Shown here: piece by piece, positions 30,865-40,762 of the stretch
How positions within the stretch are numbered: position 1 is the first letter of the stretch
Layout of the letters: each line of letters starts with the position of its first letter
NCBI GenBank assembly: GCA_963835065.1
Contig: CAWIEK010000044.1
Span: 502,339-566,338 of the forward strand
Source of the DNA: an uncultured Chthonomonadaceae bacterium
Lineage (GTDB): Bacteria; Armatimonadota; Chthonomonadetes; Chthonomonadales; Chthonomonadaceae
DNA length: 64,000 nt
Reading direction: 5' to 3'
The notes under the pieces: model-generated
The model's input: only the letters and a program-made list of their open reading frames with translations
What the model was told of the DNA's origin: nothing
Databases searched by the model: none
Translations under genes and position numbers: made by a program

Positions 30865-31236
30865 ATGGAATTTTCCAACGCCTTTATGACCACACAATCC
30901 ATGCCGGAATTTGCCGCAGAAGAGGACGCGCCCGACGTTCTGCCCGCGCCTGTCAATACAGTGTTGGCGGCGATGTGGGTCGTGTTGTTTGGCGGGCGGT
31001 GGCTGGCAGTGCCGTTGGTTCAGGCGGCGGGGCTGCTTTCGCCGGAGCAGACCGCCGAGTGGGATGAGGGCATCCTGACCAAAGTGTATCTGATTTTGCT
31101 GTCCATCACCTGTGTTGTGCTGGCACTACGCGCGATTCGTCACTTGCAGAATCCCAATCCAAGCCACAAGGGCGTGGCTCCGATGACGCTGACAACAGAT
31201 GGCGAAGCGGGCGCGAAGGGCGAACAGGGCGCGTAA
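30865..31236 (+). CDS. Small two-TM membrane protein
   Basis: Two hydrophobic segments; fills the aroB-kinase gap in the same orientation. Confidence 0.6.
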   Translation: MEFSNAFMTTQSMPEFAAEEDAPDVLPAPVNTVLAAMWVVLFGGRWLAVPLVQAAGLLSPEQTAEWDEGILTKVYLILLSITCVVLALRAIRHLQNPNPSHKGVAPMTLTTDGEAGAKGEQGA

Positions 31237-31270
31237 GCGTGGCGGCTCGCGCGCCGGAGAAACGAAGCCT

Positions 31271-33252
31271 TTGATTAATCAACTGGTGAGCCAGCGTTAT
31301 GAGACGCTGGAAAAAATCGGCGAAGGGCCGCTGTTTACCGTGTACAAAGCGCGCGACACGGCCCTGAACCGCATTGTCGCCCTGAAAGCCGTTGCGGGCG
31401 CGTTTGCCCGTGACCGGGCGTTAATGGAAGGGCTGGAGCGGGGCTTGGAAGCCAGCGCCAACCTGACGCATCCCAACATCACGCACTTTTACGAGTGGGG
31501 CGAGGATGGCGATACAGTCTATGCCACTGTAGAATTTGTGCGCGGCATCAATCTGCGCGAACGCATCCGCCGCATTGCGCCGTTTACGCTTTCGGTTGCC
31601 GTAGATGTGGCCGTTTCCCTGGCCGAAGCGCTGCAATACGCCCACAGTCAGGGGCAAGTACATGGCGATTTGCGCCCGCACAATGTCATTGTCAGCCCGG
31701 AAGGACTGGTCAAACTGACGGACTTCGGCGTGATGGCGGGCGTTGTTGAATCTCCCCGCGCCCAGGCGGACGTGCTGGCGCGCAGCGCGATTTACCATGC
31801 GCCGGAACTCTCCATGAAGCAGCCGGGCAGCGTTGCCGGCGACATTTACGCGCTTGGAGCCGTGCTGTACGAGATGCTGACGGGAACGCCCCTGTACGCG
31901 GGCGATTCGCTCGACACCATTGCCGACCACCACGCTTTTTCGCCCATTCCCCTGCCCCGCGTCATCAATCCCGGCGTGCCCCGCTCCGTAGAAGGCATCA
32001 TCGTCAAGTGCCTGCAAAAGCAGCCCGACGCCCGCTACCGCTCTGCCGGGGAAGCCCTCAGCGATCTGAAATCCGTCCGTGACGCCCTCCGCTTCGGCAA
32101 GCCCCTGTCCTGGTCGCCCGTTGACGTGGACAAACTCGCCAACGCGGTCCCGCAAAGAGGAAAGGGAACAGAAGAAGACGAGAAGACAGAAGACAGAAGA
32201 CAGAAGGCCGCCGTTCAATCGAAAATCGAAAATCGAAAATCGAAAATCGAGGAGCCTGTCGCCACAGCGGCGGCTTCCAGTCAGGCTATGCCGATGCCCG
32301 CCAACAACCGACTGCGCAAGGACGACGAGCGCGTTTCCATTTTGCTGAAAATTCCGATTGGGATACTCGCCGGCGTGATTATCGCCCTGCTGATCGCTCT
32401 GGGCGGCATCAAAGCGGCGCTTATGGATCGAACCCGAACCCATTGTCATACCCAAACTGGTCGGCAAGTCCATTGACGAAGTGCGCTTGCTGGCGCAGCA
32501 GAAAAAACTGCATCTTATCGAACACGCGGTTTACAACGCGCAGCCGCGCGGACTGGTGTTCAAAACCGATGAAGTGGCGGGAATCAAACTGAAGCAGGGG
32601 CAGGATTTCAATATCTGGTACAGCAAAGGCTTGACGTATGTGCCGGTTCCCAATGTTGTCGGCCTGCCCCGCGACGAGGCGGAGCAAAAAATCAAGGATG
32701 CTGGCCTGACGGTGGGCAAGGTGACGCCGGAATACAGCGACACTGTTGCCGTCAACAGCATCATTTCGCAAAACATTTCGTTTAAGAAAACCGTATTGCA
32801 TGATACTGCCGTCGGCCTGATTGTCAGCGACGGCCCGAAATCGGATTACGGCACGGACCCGAACGCGGAAGCGGACGGCAACAACACGCCCGCGCAGACG
32901 GAAACGCCTTCCAACGGCAACCCCATCGAAGAGGCGGCGCAGACTCCCGACCCGGACGTGAACCCGAACCCGCCGGACGACCCTGCCAACAACGAGTTCG
33001 CACGAATTTCGCCGCGTAATTCAGGTACACAAGGATGGCTTGGGCAAGCGCAAGGTGCGCGTCGAATTTGTAGACGCGAATGGCCGGAGCATCCCCCCGG
33101 TGGTGGATGATATGTACGATGAAAATGCCCGCATCCCGCTGAATTTCACGTACTATGGAAAGAAAATCATCCTGCGCGTGTACTACAACGATCAACTAAG
33201 CCTGAACAAAACCTTCGACCCTGCCGCCAGGCAGAGTCAGGACATTAGGTAG
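31271..33252 (+). CDS. PknB-like Ser/Thr kinase with TM and PASTA domains; two frameshifts (near 32420 and 33000)
   Basis: VALK, HPNI, HGDLRPHN, VKLTDFG, APE; IPKLVGKSIDE and VPNVVGLPRDEA PASTA starts lie in the shifted frame. Confidence 0.85.
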
Positions 33253-33350
33253 GGTATTAGGGTTTTAAGGTTTTAGGGTTTTAGGGTGTTCATGTAGTGG
33301 GCTTCTGCCTAATATCTAATGCCTGATGCCTAATGCCTGATGCCTGATGC
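33245..33350. repeat. Heptamer-arm element (GGTTTTA/TATTAGG)n ... (CCTRATG)n
   Basis: Tandem 7-mers at both ends of the kinase-rpe gap; (CCTGATG)n also occurs at 39286-39335. Confidence 0.75.
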
Positions 33351-33372
33351 CTACTCACGAAAAGAGACAAGC

Positions 33373-34047
33373 ATGAGTCGCGCGGAAAACATTGTGATTG
33401 CGCCTTCTATTTTGTCGGCGGACTTTGGCAATCTGGCGCAGGCGGCGCGGGATGTGGAAGCGGCGGGCGCCGAATATCTGCACATTGATGTGATGGACGG
33501 CATGTTTGTGCCCAACATTACCATCGGCATCCCTGTTGTGAAGGGACTGCGCCCCGCCTCACCCGCGTTTTTTGACACGCATCTGATGATCGCGCAGCCG
33601 GAACGCTATGTGGAAGCGTTTGCGCAGGCGGGCGCGAACGGCATTACGGTTCATGCCGAAGCCTGTACGCACTTGCAGCGGACGCTTGCGATGATACGGG
33701 ACGCAGGCGCGAAGGCGGGCGTTGCTCTTAACCCCGCCACGCCGCCCGACGTGCTGGAATATGTCTTAGACGACCTGGATTTGGTGCTGGTGATGACGGT
33801 CAACCCCGGCTTCGGCGGGCAAAAATTTCTGTCAGCCATGCTGCCCAAAATTGAGCGCGTCCGGGAACTGATTGACCGCGTTTCGCACCCCATTCACCTG
33901 GAAGTGGATGGTGGTATCACGCCCCAAACCGTTCCGCTCGTAGTCAATGCGGGCGCAACCGCGCTCGTGGCGGGCACGGCGATTTACGGACACGCGGGCG
34001 GCTTAAAGGAAGCCATACAGGAATTGCGACAGGCGACAGGAAGGTAG
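33373..34047 (+). CDS. rpe: Ribulose-phosphate 3-epimerase
   Basis: IAPSILSADF, HIDVMDG, MTVNPGFGGQ, EVDGG. Confidence 0.97.
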   Translation: MSRAENIVIAPSILSADFGNLAQAARDVEAAGAEYLHIDVMDGMFVPNITIGIPVVKGLRPASPAFFDTHLMIAQPERYVEAFAQAGANGITVHAEACTHLQRTLAMIRDAGAKAGVALNPATPPDVLEYVLDDLDLVLVMTVNPGFGGQKFLSAMLPKIERVRELIDRVSHPIHLEVDGGITPQTVPLVVNAGATALVAGTAIYGHAGGLKEAIQELRQATGR

Positions 34048-34053
34048 ATTGCC

Positions 34054-34515
34054 ATGACGGACACAACCTTTGCGTATCAATCGCTGATTTCTCCCCGGTC
34101 ACGACGCTTGCGCACAACTGGCCTGTTCCTTCTGGCGGTGATTGTGGTCATGGCGCTGTACGGCTATTTCAGCCTGATGCCATCCCTGCGCATTTCCGCC
34201 GCCCGCCTTGCCGCGCAAGCCAATGCCCGCCCCGCCGCCACAAATTCAGCCGTCACCACGTCCGGCAACCGCGTCCTTCCCACAGCCAAACCGACGAACG
34301 CGCAGGATGCCGTCGCGCGTATGCCGCGGCAGGAAAGGGAAGCGCAGGCCGCTAAAATCGTTTTCGCGTATGCCTATTGGGGCGTGTGCCTGTCCCTGCT
34401 GATCGCCTTAATGCTCGTCGCGTGGCTGGATTTCCGCGAAGTGGGCCGCAACTTCGACCAACAGCAGGCCGCTATCTTCGCCGCCTCGCTGAAAAACGAA
34501 AACTCGAAGAATTAA
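34054..34515 (+). CDS. Two-TM membrane protein
   Basis: Two hydrophobic segments; YWGVC...VAWLDFREV. Confidence 0.7.
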   Translation: MTDTTFAYQSLISPRSRRLRTTGLFLLAVIVVMALYGYFSLMPSLRISAARLAAQANARPAATNSAVTTSGNRVLPTAKPTNAQDAVARMPRQEREAQAAKIVFAYAYWGVCLSLLIALMLVAWLDFREVGRNFDQQQAAIFAASLKNENSKN

Positions 34516-34730
34516 ACCACGGAGAACACGGAGGACACGGAGAGGAGAGGAAAAGACAGAGATACTTACCACGGAGGACACGGATAACGCGGATACACAC
34601 GGATACACACGGATAAAGGCATTTTGATCTCATCCGTGTTCATCTTTTTCATCCGTTTCATCCGTGGTTAGTATTTCCCTCTTATTCTCTTCCTCTCCCC
34701 CTCCGTGCCCTCCGTGTTCTCCGTGGTTTA
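34513..34730. mobile_element. MITE-like nested palindrome, copy 2
   Basis: Same terminal repeat and GGCATTTTGATCT core as 29551-29743; its first TAA is the upstream stop codon. Confidence 0.8.
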
Positions 34731-34753
34731 CATTCCTTTGTATTGGCGGTGAT

Positions 34754-35887
34754 GTGGTGAAGGATGACAGGCGGTGGATGCGGCGGGCGCTGCGGTTGGC
34801 GCGGAATAGTTTTGCCACGCCGAACCCGATGGTGGGCTGCGTGTTGGTGCGGGATGGCGTTGTCGTGGGGGAAGGGTGGACGCAGCCGGTGGGACAGGCG
34901 CATGCGGAAGCGATGGCGTTACGCGCTGCCGGGGAACGCGCGAAGGGCGCTGTGGCGTATGTGACGCTGGAACCGTGCTGTCACTGGGGGCGAACGCCGC
35001 CGTGCAGCGACGCGCTGATTGCCGCACAAGTGGCGCGAGTCGTGGCGGCAACCACAGACCCGAACCCGCGCGTGAGCGGGCAGGGAATCGCACAGTTAAG
35101 GGCAGCGGGCGTGGACGTAACCGTAGGCGTTCTGGAACAGGAAGCCCGCGTGTTCAACGAGGCTTTTTTTCATTTTCAGGCCGCCAAGACGCCGTTCGTC
35201 ACGCTGAAATCGGCTATGACGCTGGACGGCAAAATCGCCACGCATACGGGCAGTTCGCAATGGATTACGGGCGCATTAGCAAGGCAGTACGCGCATCGTT
35301 TGCGCGCGCAAGCGGGCGCGGTCATGGTGGGCATCGGGACGCTGCTGGCCGATGACGCGCAATTGACGGCGCGTTTGCCAAATCTGGCACTTCCGCGCCA
35401 GCCTATGCGTATTATCGTGGATAGTAATCTGCGAACGCCGCCGGATTGCCGGGCGGTACGCATGATTAAAGAACATGATGTAGAAGTGAATGTACCTGCG
35501 CCTTTGTTGATTGCCACTACGGCACGGGCGGATGGCGAACGCGAACAAGTGTTGCGGCAGGCGGGCGCGGAAGTGGTTCGGCTGCCTGCCATGAACGATG
35601 GGCGCGTCAATTTAACGGCACTGATGAAGCTGCTGGCAGAGCGGCAAATCATCAGCGTTCTGGTGGAGGGCGGCGGCGAATTGAACGCAAGCCTGCTGGA
35701 AGCCCGTCTAGCGCATAAGATGCTGTGCTTTGTGGCTCCAAAACTCATCGGTGGGCGGGATGCGCCTACACCGCTTGAGGGTATGGGAATCGCGCAAATG
35801 GCGGACGCCATTCTGCTGGACAAACTAAAGGTGCGGCGCTTCGGCGCGGATATTGCGGTGGAAGGTTTGATCTGCTGGAAGCCTTGA
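34754..35887 (+). CDS. ribD: Bifunctional riboflavin deaminase/reductase
   Basis: PNPMVG, HAE, TLEPCCHWGRTPPC, TLDGKIA, VEGGG. Confidence 0.97.
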   Translation: MVKDDRRWMRRALRLARNSFATPNPMVGCVLVRDGVVVGEGWTQPVGQAHAEAMALRAAGERAKGAVAYVTLEPCCHWGRTPPCSDALIAAQVARVVAATTDPNPRVSGQGIAQLRAAGVDVTVGVLEQEARVFNEAFFHFQAAKTPFVTLKSAMTLDGKIATHTGSSQWITGALARQYAHRLRAQAGAVMVGIGTLLADDAQLTARLPNLALPRQPMRIIVDSNLRTPPDCRAVRMIKEHDVEVNVPAPLLIATTARADGEREQVLRQAGAEVVRLPAMNDGRVNLTALMKLLAERQIISVLVEGGGELNASLLEARLAHKMLCFVAPKLIGGRDAPTPLEGMGIAQMADAILLDKLKVRRFGADIAVEGLICWKP

Positions 35888-35947
35888 TTTCAGTAGAAGG
35901 CTTGGTTTACCGGCAGGTTTGATTTGCTGGAAGGCGTAATTTAAGAG

Positions 35948-36590
35948 ATGTTTACCGGCTTGGTTGAGGAAACAGGAACGGTTGTCGCGGTGGAACTAAC
36001 GGCGCGTTCGGCGCGGCTGATCGTGTCGGCTCCCCTCGTGCATCAGGACGCGCATTTGGGCGACAGCATCGCCGTGAATGGCTGCTGCCTGACCGTTGTG
36101 GCGCAGGATACGGATCGTCTCACGTTCGACGCCGTGCCGGAAACGCTGGACCGCACCAATCTGGGCGCATTGACGCCGGGCGCGCGGAGTCAATCTGGAA
36201 CGCCCGCTTGCCGTTGGCGCAAGATTGGGCGGGCATTTCGTGCAGGGGCATATTGACGGCGTGGGCATTGTTCGCGCCGTCACGCCCGAAGAAAACGCGG
36301 TGGTGATCGAAATCGAAATGCCGTCTGCTCTGCGCCGTTATTTTGTGGAAAAAGGCTCCGTTGCCGTAGATGGCGTCAGCCTGACAATCGCGGATGTAAG
36401 GCCCGAAACGTTTACCGTGTGGACGATCCCGCATACGCGGGAAGTGACTACATTGGGCGAGCGCAAACCCGGAGATCGCGTCAATCTGGAATGTGACCTG
36501 CTGGGCAAATACATGGAGCGCCTGCTGTCCGAGCGCATGGTGGCGAGTACGCCCCTCGCCCCTTCGCAGCAAACAAGCGCAACAAACTAA
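35948..36590 (+). CDS. ribE: Riboflavin synthase alpha chain, frameshift near 36188
   Basis: MFTGLVEE, GDSIAVNGCCLTV; VNLERP, GGHFVQGHIDG and GSVAVDGVSLT in the shifted frame. Confidence 0.9.
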
Positions 36591-36606
36591 AAATATTTGC
36601 TGACTC

Positions 36607-36747
36607 TTCACCACCAAGACGCCAAGAACACCAAGCAGAACGAGAAGAAGGACGTTATAAAAATGCAGGAGCTATTGAAAGATTCGCGCGTTCTGATCCG
36701 TTAGTCTTGCCTGCTTTACTTGGTGTTCTTGGCGTCTTGGTGGTGAA
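36607..36747. mobile_element. MITE-like palindrome family 2, copy 1
   Basis: TIR TTCACCACCAAGACGCCAAGAACACCAAG / CTTGGTGTTCTTGGCGTCTTGGTGGTGAA; second copy at 57767-57906. Confidence 0.8.
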
Positions 36748-36790
36748 GAATTACAATCTTTGCTGTATTGTGGAATGATTTTCTGAGCTT

Positions 36791-38218
36791 ATGACGACAC
36801 CTGAACGATTTTCTCACTCTGTTACGCGAAGGATTCTGTGTGGTCGCCGCCGCGCTGTTTCGTGTTCTTCCCTTGTAGCCCTTACGCCCGAACGCGGTTC
36901 CCGCCGTTGTAAACATCGGCAGGGCGCGCGTCGGCTTGTGTCGGCTTCTCGCCGTATGGCGCTTGCGGGCGGGCTTGCGTTGTCCTGCGTACCCGCAGCG
37001 CAGGCGCAATCCCCACTGGCCCCGAAAAGCAGCGAGGCGAAGCCCGCGCCAATCCAGTCTGTGCCGTTGCCGCCGCAGTCAGGGCCGCTTTCCCTGCCCC
37101 AAACCGGGACGGCTGCCAAACTGCCCCTGCCAACCGTGCGCGTGACGCTTTCCCGGCCCGTTTACGACATTGCCATTGACGCCAAAACGGGAGCGCCGCA
37201 GATGCCCCGCGACGTAACGGCGGTGGCGGAAGTGCGCAATTGGCCCGCCGACACGCCCCTGCCCACTGCGTTCGCCTGGCATGTCGCGCTGGACTGGAAC
37301 TATCCCAAATTTCCCACGCATCACGACATCAGCAAAACCACGTTTGTCCATGCGAGTCCGTTTACGGTTGACTTCGGCAGGCAGATACGGGGCGGCACAT
37401 TGATCGTATCCGCCAAAACAAGCTGTTACGGGCGCGACATTGTGGGGCAGGCGGCGGCAACCGTGCGGGGCGTCAATCCATCTTCCGAAGCGATTTTGAA
37501 GGCGTTTCCGCGTACCCGTTTCGGCCTGATAGCCTCGAAAGTGGCGATGGCGGAAAGCAGTCTGTGCCAGTTCACCCGTCCGAGCAAAACGGATGTGGGC
37601 GGTATGCCGGAAATGTCGCGTACCAATGACCTGGGCATCATGCAGCTGAACGCGCCAACGGGAAGCATTACCAGCCAGGATCAAATCTGGGATTGGCGCG
37701 AAAACGTCCGGCGGGGCATGGAAGAATTAACGGGCAAGCAGCGCACGGCAATTCAGGCATCGCGCAACGCGCTTGATTCCGACCAACTGCCCGCTCAAAC
37801 CGCCGCGTCGTTAAGCCTGCTGAACTTTTGTCGCGGGTTTATCGGGCTTGCGCCTTTGAAAGCCCCGCGCCCCCTTCCGCTTTCCGCCAGGCCGGGAACC
37901 GGCGTTTTGCCCGACGACCCCGATGTAGACCATCTCGCCCTGAGTCAATTGGAGCGCGAAGCCATTCGCCGTTACAATGGCGGGCGGGAATACGTGTTCG
38001 CCTTAGTGCCCAACCCCCTGCTGCCGGAAATCGGCTGGGCCGGCTGGCAGGTAGACCCCACGCGAGGCGGCATCAGTTCCCGTTCCGGCGATGTGGATTA
38101 CGTGCGCCACGTCCTGCGCGCCCACAGCGGCCTGACCTTGCCCCCGCCACCCAAGCCACCGCGTAAATCTGAGGGCAAGCACAATCCGCGCCATCGTTCC
38201 CGCCGTCGGCACAGGTAA
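36791..38218 (+). CDS. Exported protein with lytic-transglycosylase/lysozyme-like motifs (start uncertain)
   Basis: AMAESS, GIMQL, WRENVRRG and RRYNGG resemble SLT motifs; signal-like segment ending AAQA. Confidence 0.55.
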   Translation: MTTPERFSHSVTRRILCGRRRAVSCSSLVALTPERGSRRCKHRQGARRLVSASRRMALAGGLALSCVPAAQAQSPLAPKSSEAKPAPIQSVPLPPQSGPLSLPQTGTAAKLPLPTVRVTLSRPVYDIAIDAKTGAPQMPRDVTAVAEVRNWPADTPLPTAFAWHVALDWNYPKFPTHHDISKTTFVHASPFTVDFGRQIRGGTLIVSAKTSCYGRDIVGQAAATVRGVNPSSEAILKAFPRTRFGLIASKVAMAESSLCQFTRPSKTDVGGMPEMSRTNDLGIMQLNAPTGSITSQDQIWDWRENVRRGMEELTGKQRTAIQASRNALDSDQLPAQTAASLSLLNFCRGFIGLAPLKAPRPLPLSARPGTGVLPDDPDVDHLALSQLEREAIRRYNGGREYVFALVPNPLLPEIGWAGWQVDPTRGGISSRSGDVDYVRHVLRAHSGLTLPPPPKPPRKSEGKHNPRHRSRRRHR

Positions 38219-38291
38219 TGCTTGTTAATGCCTCGATAACGAAGGGTTCGTGTTGCGCAACGAAATGAATTTCTTTGCTCCTGATAAACTC

Positions 38292-39235
38292 ATGTCAACT
38301 CCCCCCCAACACCCAACACCCAACACCCAACACCCCATCCTGTCCCTTTTGGAAACCGAACAGCGCAATTCGCGCACGATGGAACTGGACACGCTGTCCA
38401 CGTCCGCGCTTGTGGAAACGCTTCACGCTGAAAACTACGCGGTTGCGGACGCGGTAACGGAAACGCTTCCGGTTGTGGCGCAGGTTGTAGACATTCTGGC
38501 CGAGCGGATGGCGCGGGGGGGAGATTGTTTTATGTAGGCGCGGGCACGAGCGGGCGTTTGGGCGTACTGGATGCCAGCGAGTGCCCGCCGACGTTTGGAG
38601 TGAGCCGCGAATTGGTGCAGGGAATCATTGCGGGAGGGGAAACCGCGCTGACCACTTCCATCGAGGGCGCGGAAGACGATCCCGAAGTCGGCGCGGCAGA
38701 TTTACGAGAGCGTCATGTGACTGCGAATGATGTGGTTGTGGGTATCGCCGCAAGTGGGCGAACACCCTACGTTATTGGCGCGTTAGATGCCGCGCGGCAA
38801 ATCGGCGCGTTTGCCGCTGCCGTCGTCAACGTGTCGCAGGCGCAAATGCGCGGCCATGCCGACCTGACCATCGCCGCCGTCACCGGCCCGGAAGCGCTCA
38901 CGGGTTCCACGCGCCTGAAAGCGGGCACAGCCCAAAAAATGGTTCTCAATCTGCTGACCACAGCCGCAATGGTGCGAAGCGGCAAGGTGTACGGCAATCT
39001 CATGGTGGACGTGCGGGCGACAAACGTAAAACTGCGGGATCGCGCCATTCGCATTGTCCAGGCCGCCACAAGCGCCACAGCGGAACAGGCGCAAACGGCC
39101 TTAAACGCCTGCGACTGGAATTGCAAAACCGCCATCGTGATGCTGGAATGTGGCCTGCCTGCGCCCGAAGCCGCGCAGCGCTTGCAGGACGCGGGGGGTT
39201 GGGTGCGCGCCGCGTTACGGACAGGTTCCCCTTAA
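38292..39235 (+). CDS. murQ: N-acetylmuramic acid 6-phosphate etherase, frameshift in a G7 run at 38515-38521
   Basis: TEQRN, YVGAGTSGRLGVLDASECPPTFG, GSTRLKAGTAQK, NLMVDV. Confidence 0.92.
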
Positions 39236-39335
39236 CAGAAAGATACTCAAGCTGTTCCCTGCCATCTTCCGCTCTACGCCAACCCCGACACCTGATACCT
39301 GACACCTAATGCCTGATGCCTGATGCCTGATGCCT

Positions 39336-40406
39336 ATGTCAACCCTCGTCGTCACAACTCAAGGAGCCGTTCTGCGGTGCGTGGGCGGGCAGATCGTGGC
39401 GGAATACCAGAAGCAGGCCATGCAGAAAATTCCACAAAACCAGGTGGAGCGCATTCTGCTGCTGGGCAGCGTCGGCCTGACCACCGGCGTTCTCAACTTT
39501 GCGCTGGAAAAGCGCATCCCCGTCACGTTTCTGACACAGGAGGGGCAGTACAAAGGACGGCTGGAATCAGGCGGGCGGCGCGACATCGCGCTGCGGCTGG
39601 CGCAGTTTCGGGGTCTGGAAGATGTGGCCTGGCGGCTGTCCCTGTCGAAAACGCTTGTACGCGCCAAAATCGAAGCGCAGCGCGGCGTCTTGCGGCGGTG
39701 CGGGCGCAACCATCCGCAGCCGGAAATCACAGCCGCCATTGCGCTGCTGAACGACAGCCTGAGCCGCATTGCCGACGCGCAAACCCTGCCCGAACTGATG
39801 GGACAGGAAGGCAGCGCCGCCCGCGCGTATTTTCACGCCCTGCCCTCCGCCCTGCGCCGTTCTCTGCCGTTTCAGGGGCGCAACCGCCGCCCACCCAAAG
39901 ACCCGGTAAACGCGCTGCTGAGTTTGGGCTACGGGCTGCTCACGGCGGAAATCATCGGCGCGTTGATGGGCGCAGGCTTGGACCCGCAAATCGGCCTTTT
40001 CCACAGTTCGCGCGGACGCATGCCCGCATTGGCGGAGGATGTGCTGGAACTGTTTCGCGCTCCTGTTGCCGACACTCTCGCGCTATCGCTGGTGAACCTG
40101 AGCGTGATGCGAGCCGAGCATTTCGAGAAACGGGAAAAGGACGGCGGCGTTTTGCTGACAAAGGACGCGCTGACCACGTACTTCAAGCACTACCGCAGGC
40201 GGATGCAGACGACGTTTCGGAACCGGCAGGGGCAGCCGACAAGTTTCCGGCGCGAACTACAGGCACAGGCAACCCACTTGCGGCGCGTGATTTTACATCA
40301 GGAACCCTACGCGCCGTTTGAATTTCAGGTAGGCGGGCCGCATGACGATATTGCCCAACGCGACAAACCGGCACAAACCTTGCTCAAGGTGAAAACGAAA
40401 AAATAA
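39336..40406 (+). CDS. cas1: CRISPR-associated endonuclease Cas1
   Basis: LMGQEGSAARAYF, RNRRPPKDPVNALLSLGY, GLDPQIGLFH, LAEDVLELFR. Confidence 0.95.
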   Translation: MSTLVVTTQGAVLRCVGGQIVAEYQKQAMQKIPQNQVERILLLGSVGLTTGVLNFALEKRIPVTFLTQEGQYKGRLESGGRRDIALRLAQFRGLEDVAWRLSLSKTLVRAKIEAQRGVLRRCGRNHPQPEITAAIALLNDSLSRIADAQTLPELMGQEGSAARAYFHALPSALRRSLPFQGRNRRPPKDPVNALLSLGYGLLTAEIIGALMGAGLDPQIGLFHSSRGRMPALAEDVLELFRAPVADTLALSLVNLSVMRAEHFEKREKDGGVLLTKDALTTYFKHYRRRMQTTFRNRQGQPTSFRRELQAQATHLRRVILHQEPYAPFEFQVGGPHDDIAQRDKPAQTLLKVKTKK

Positions 40407-40588
40407 CATGGCCTCAGCAGCAAAGACAAGGGTAAGCCAGCGTCGGCGCTAACCTTCAAAACGGCCAAAACAGGGAGGTTAGCGCCGGAAAAATAATCTC
40501 AACATGCTTGACAGCACACGAAAAATACGCTATACTGGCTTTATGTTTCCGAGGTTAGCGCCGATGAGAAGGAAACATGAGATAGAGG
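40407..40588 (+). promoter_or_regulatory. CRISPR leader with sigma70 promoter and repeated motif
   Basis: TTGACA(40508-13)-17bp-TATACT(40531-36); AGGTTAGCGCCG at 40476-87 and 40552-63, inverted copy at 40444-55. Confidence 0.8.
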
Positions 40589-40759
40589 GTTGCAACCCGA
40601 CCTCTTCCCCGTAGGGGATTGAAACATGATAGCAGGGCCAGCGCATAGAGTGCGATCACGGTATTCGTTGCAACCCGACCTCTTCCCCGTAGGGGATTGA
40701 AACCAAAAGCGCACGTTGAGCGCTACGGTGACGATGTTGGTTGCAACCCGACCTTTTCC
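40589..40759 (+). CRISPR. Mini CRISPR array: two full 37-bp repeats, one truncated repeat, two spacers (41 and 36 nt)
   Basis: GTTGCAACCCGACCTCTTCCCCGTAGGGGATTGAAAC at 40589-625 and 40667-703; 20-nt partial copy at 40740-759; TCCCC/GGGGA hairpin and ATTGAAAC 3' handle. Confidence 0.92.
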
Positions 40760-40762
40760 TGC

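Noticed and set aside
31271..32100. Pseudokinase call based on the GEGPLF loop and HGDLRPHN
   Set aside because: The VALK lysine, catalytic Asp and Asn, DFG and APE are all present; the divergence is not enough to call it inactive.
34516..34753. FMN riboswitch upstream of ribD
   Set aside because: The gap is filled by the MITE-like palindrome, and no RFN consensus segments are visible.
39336..40406. Casposon or RT-Cas1 fusion
   Set aside because: No PolB, terminal inverted repeats or RT domain; the Cas1 is a normal-length CRISPR type next to a leader and array.
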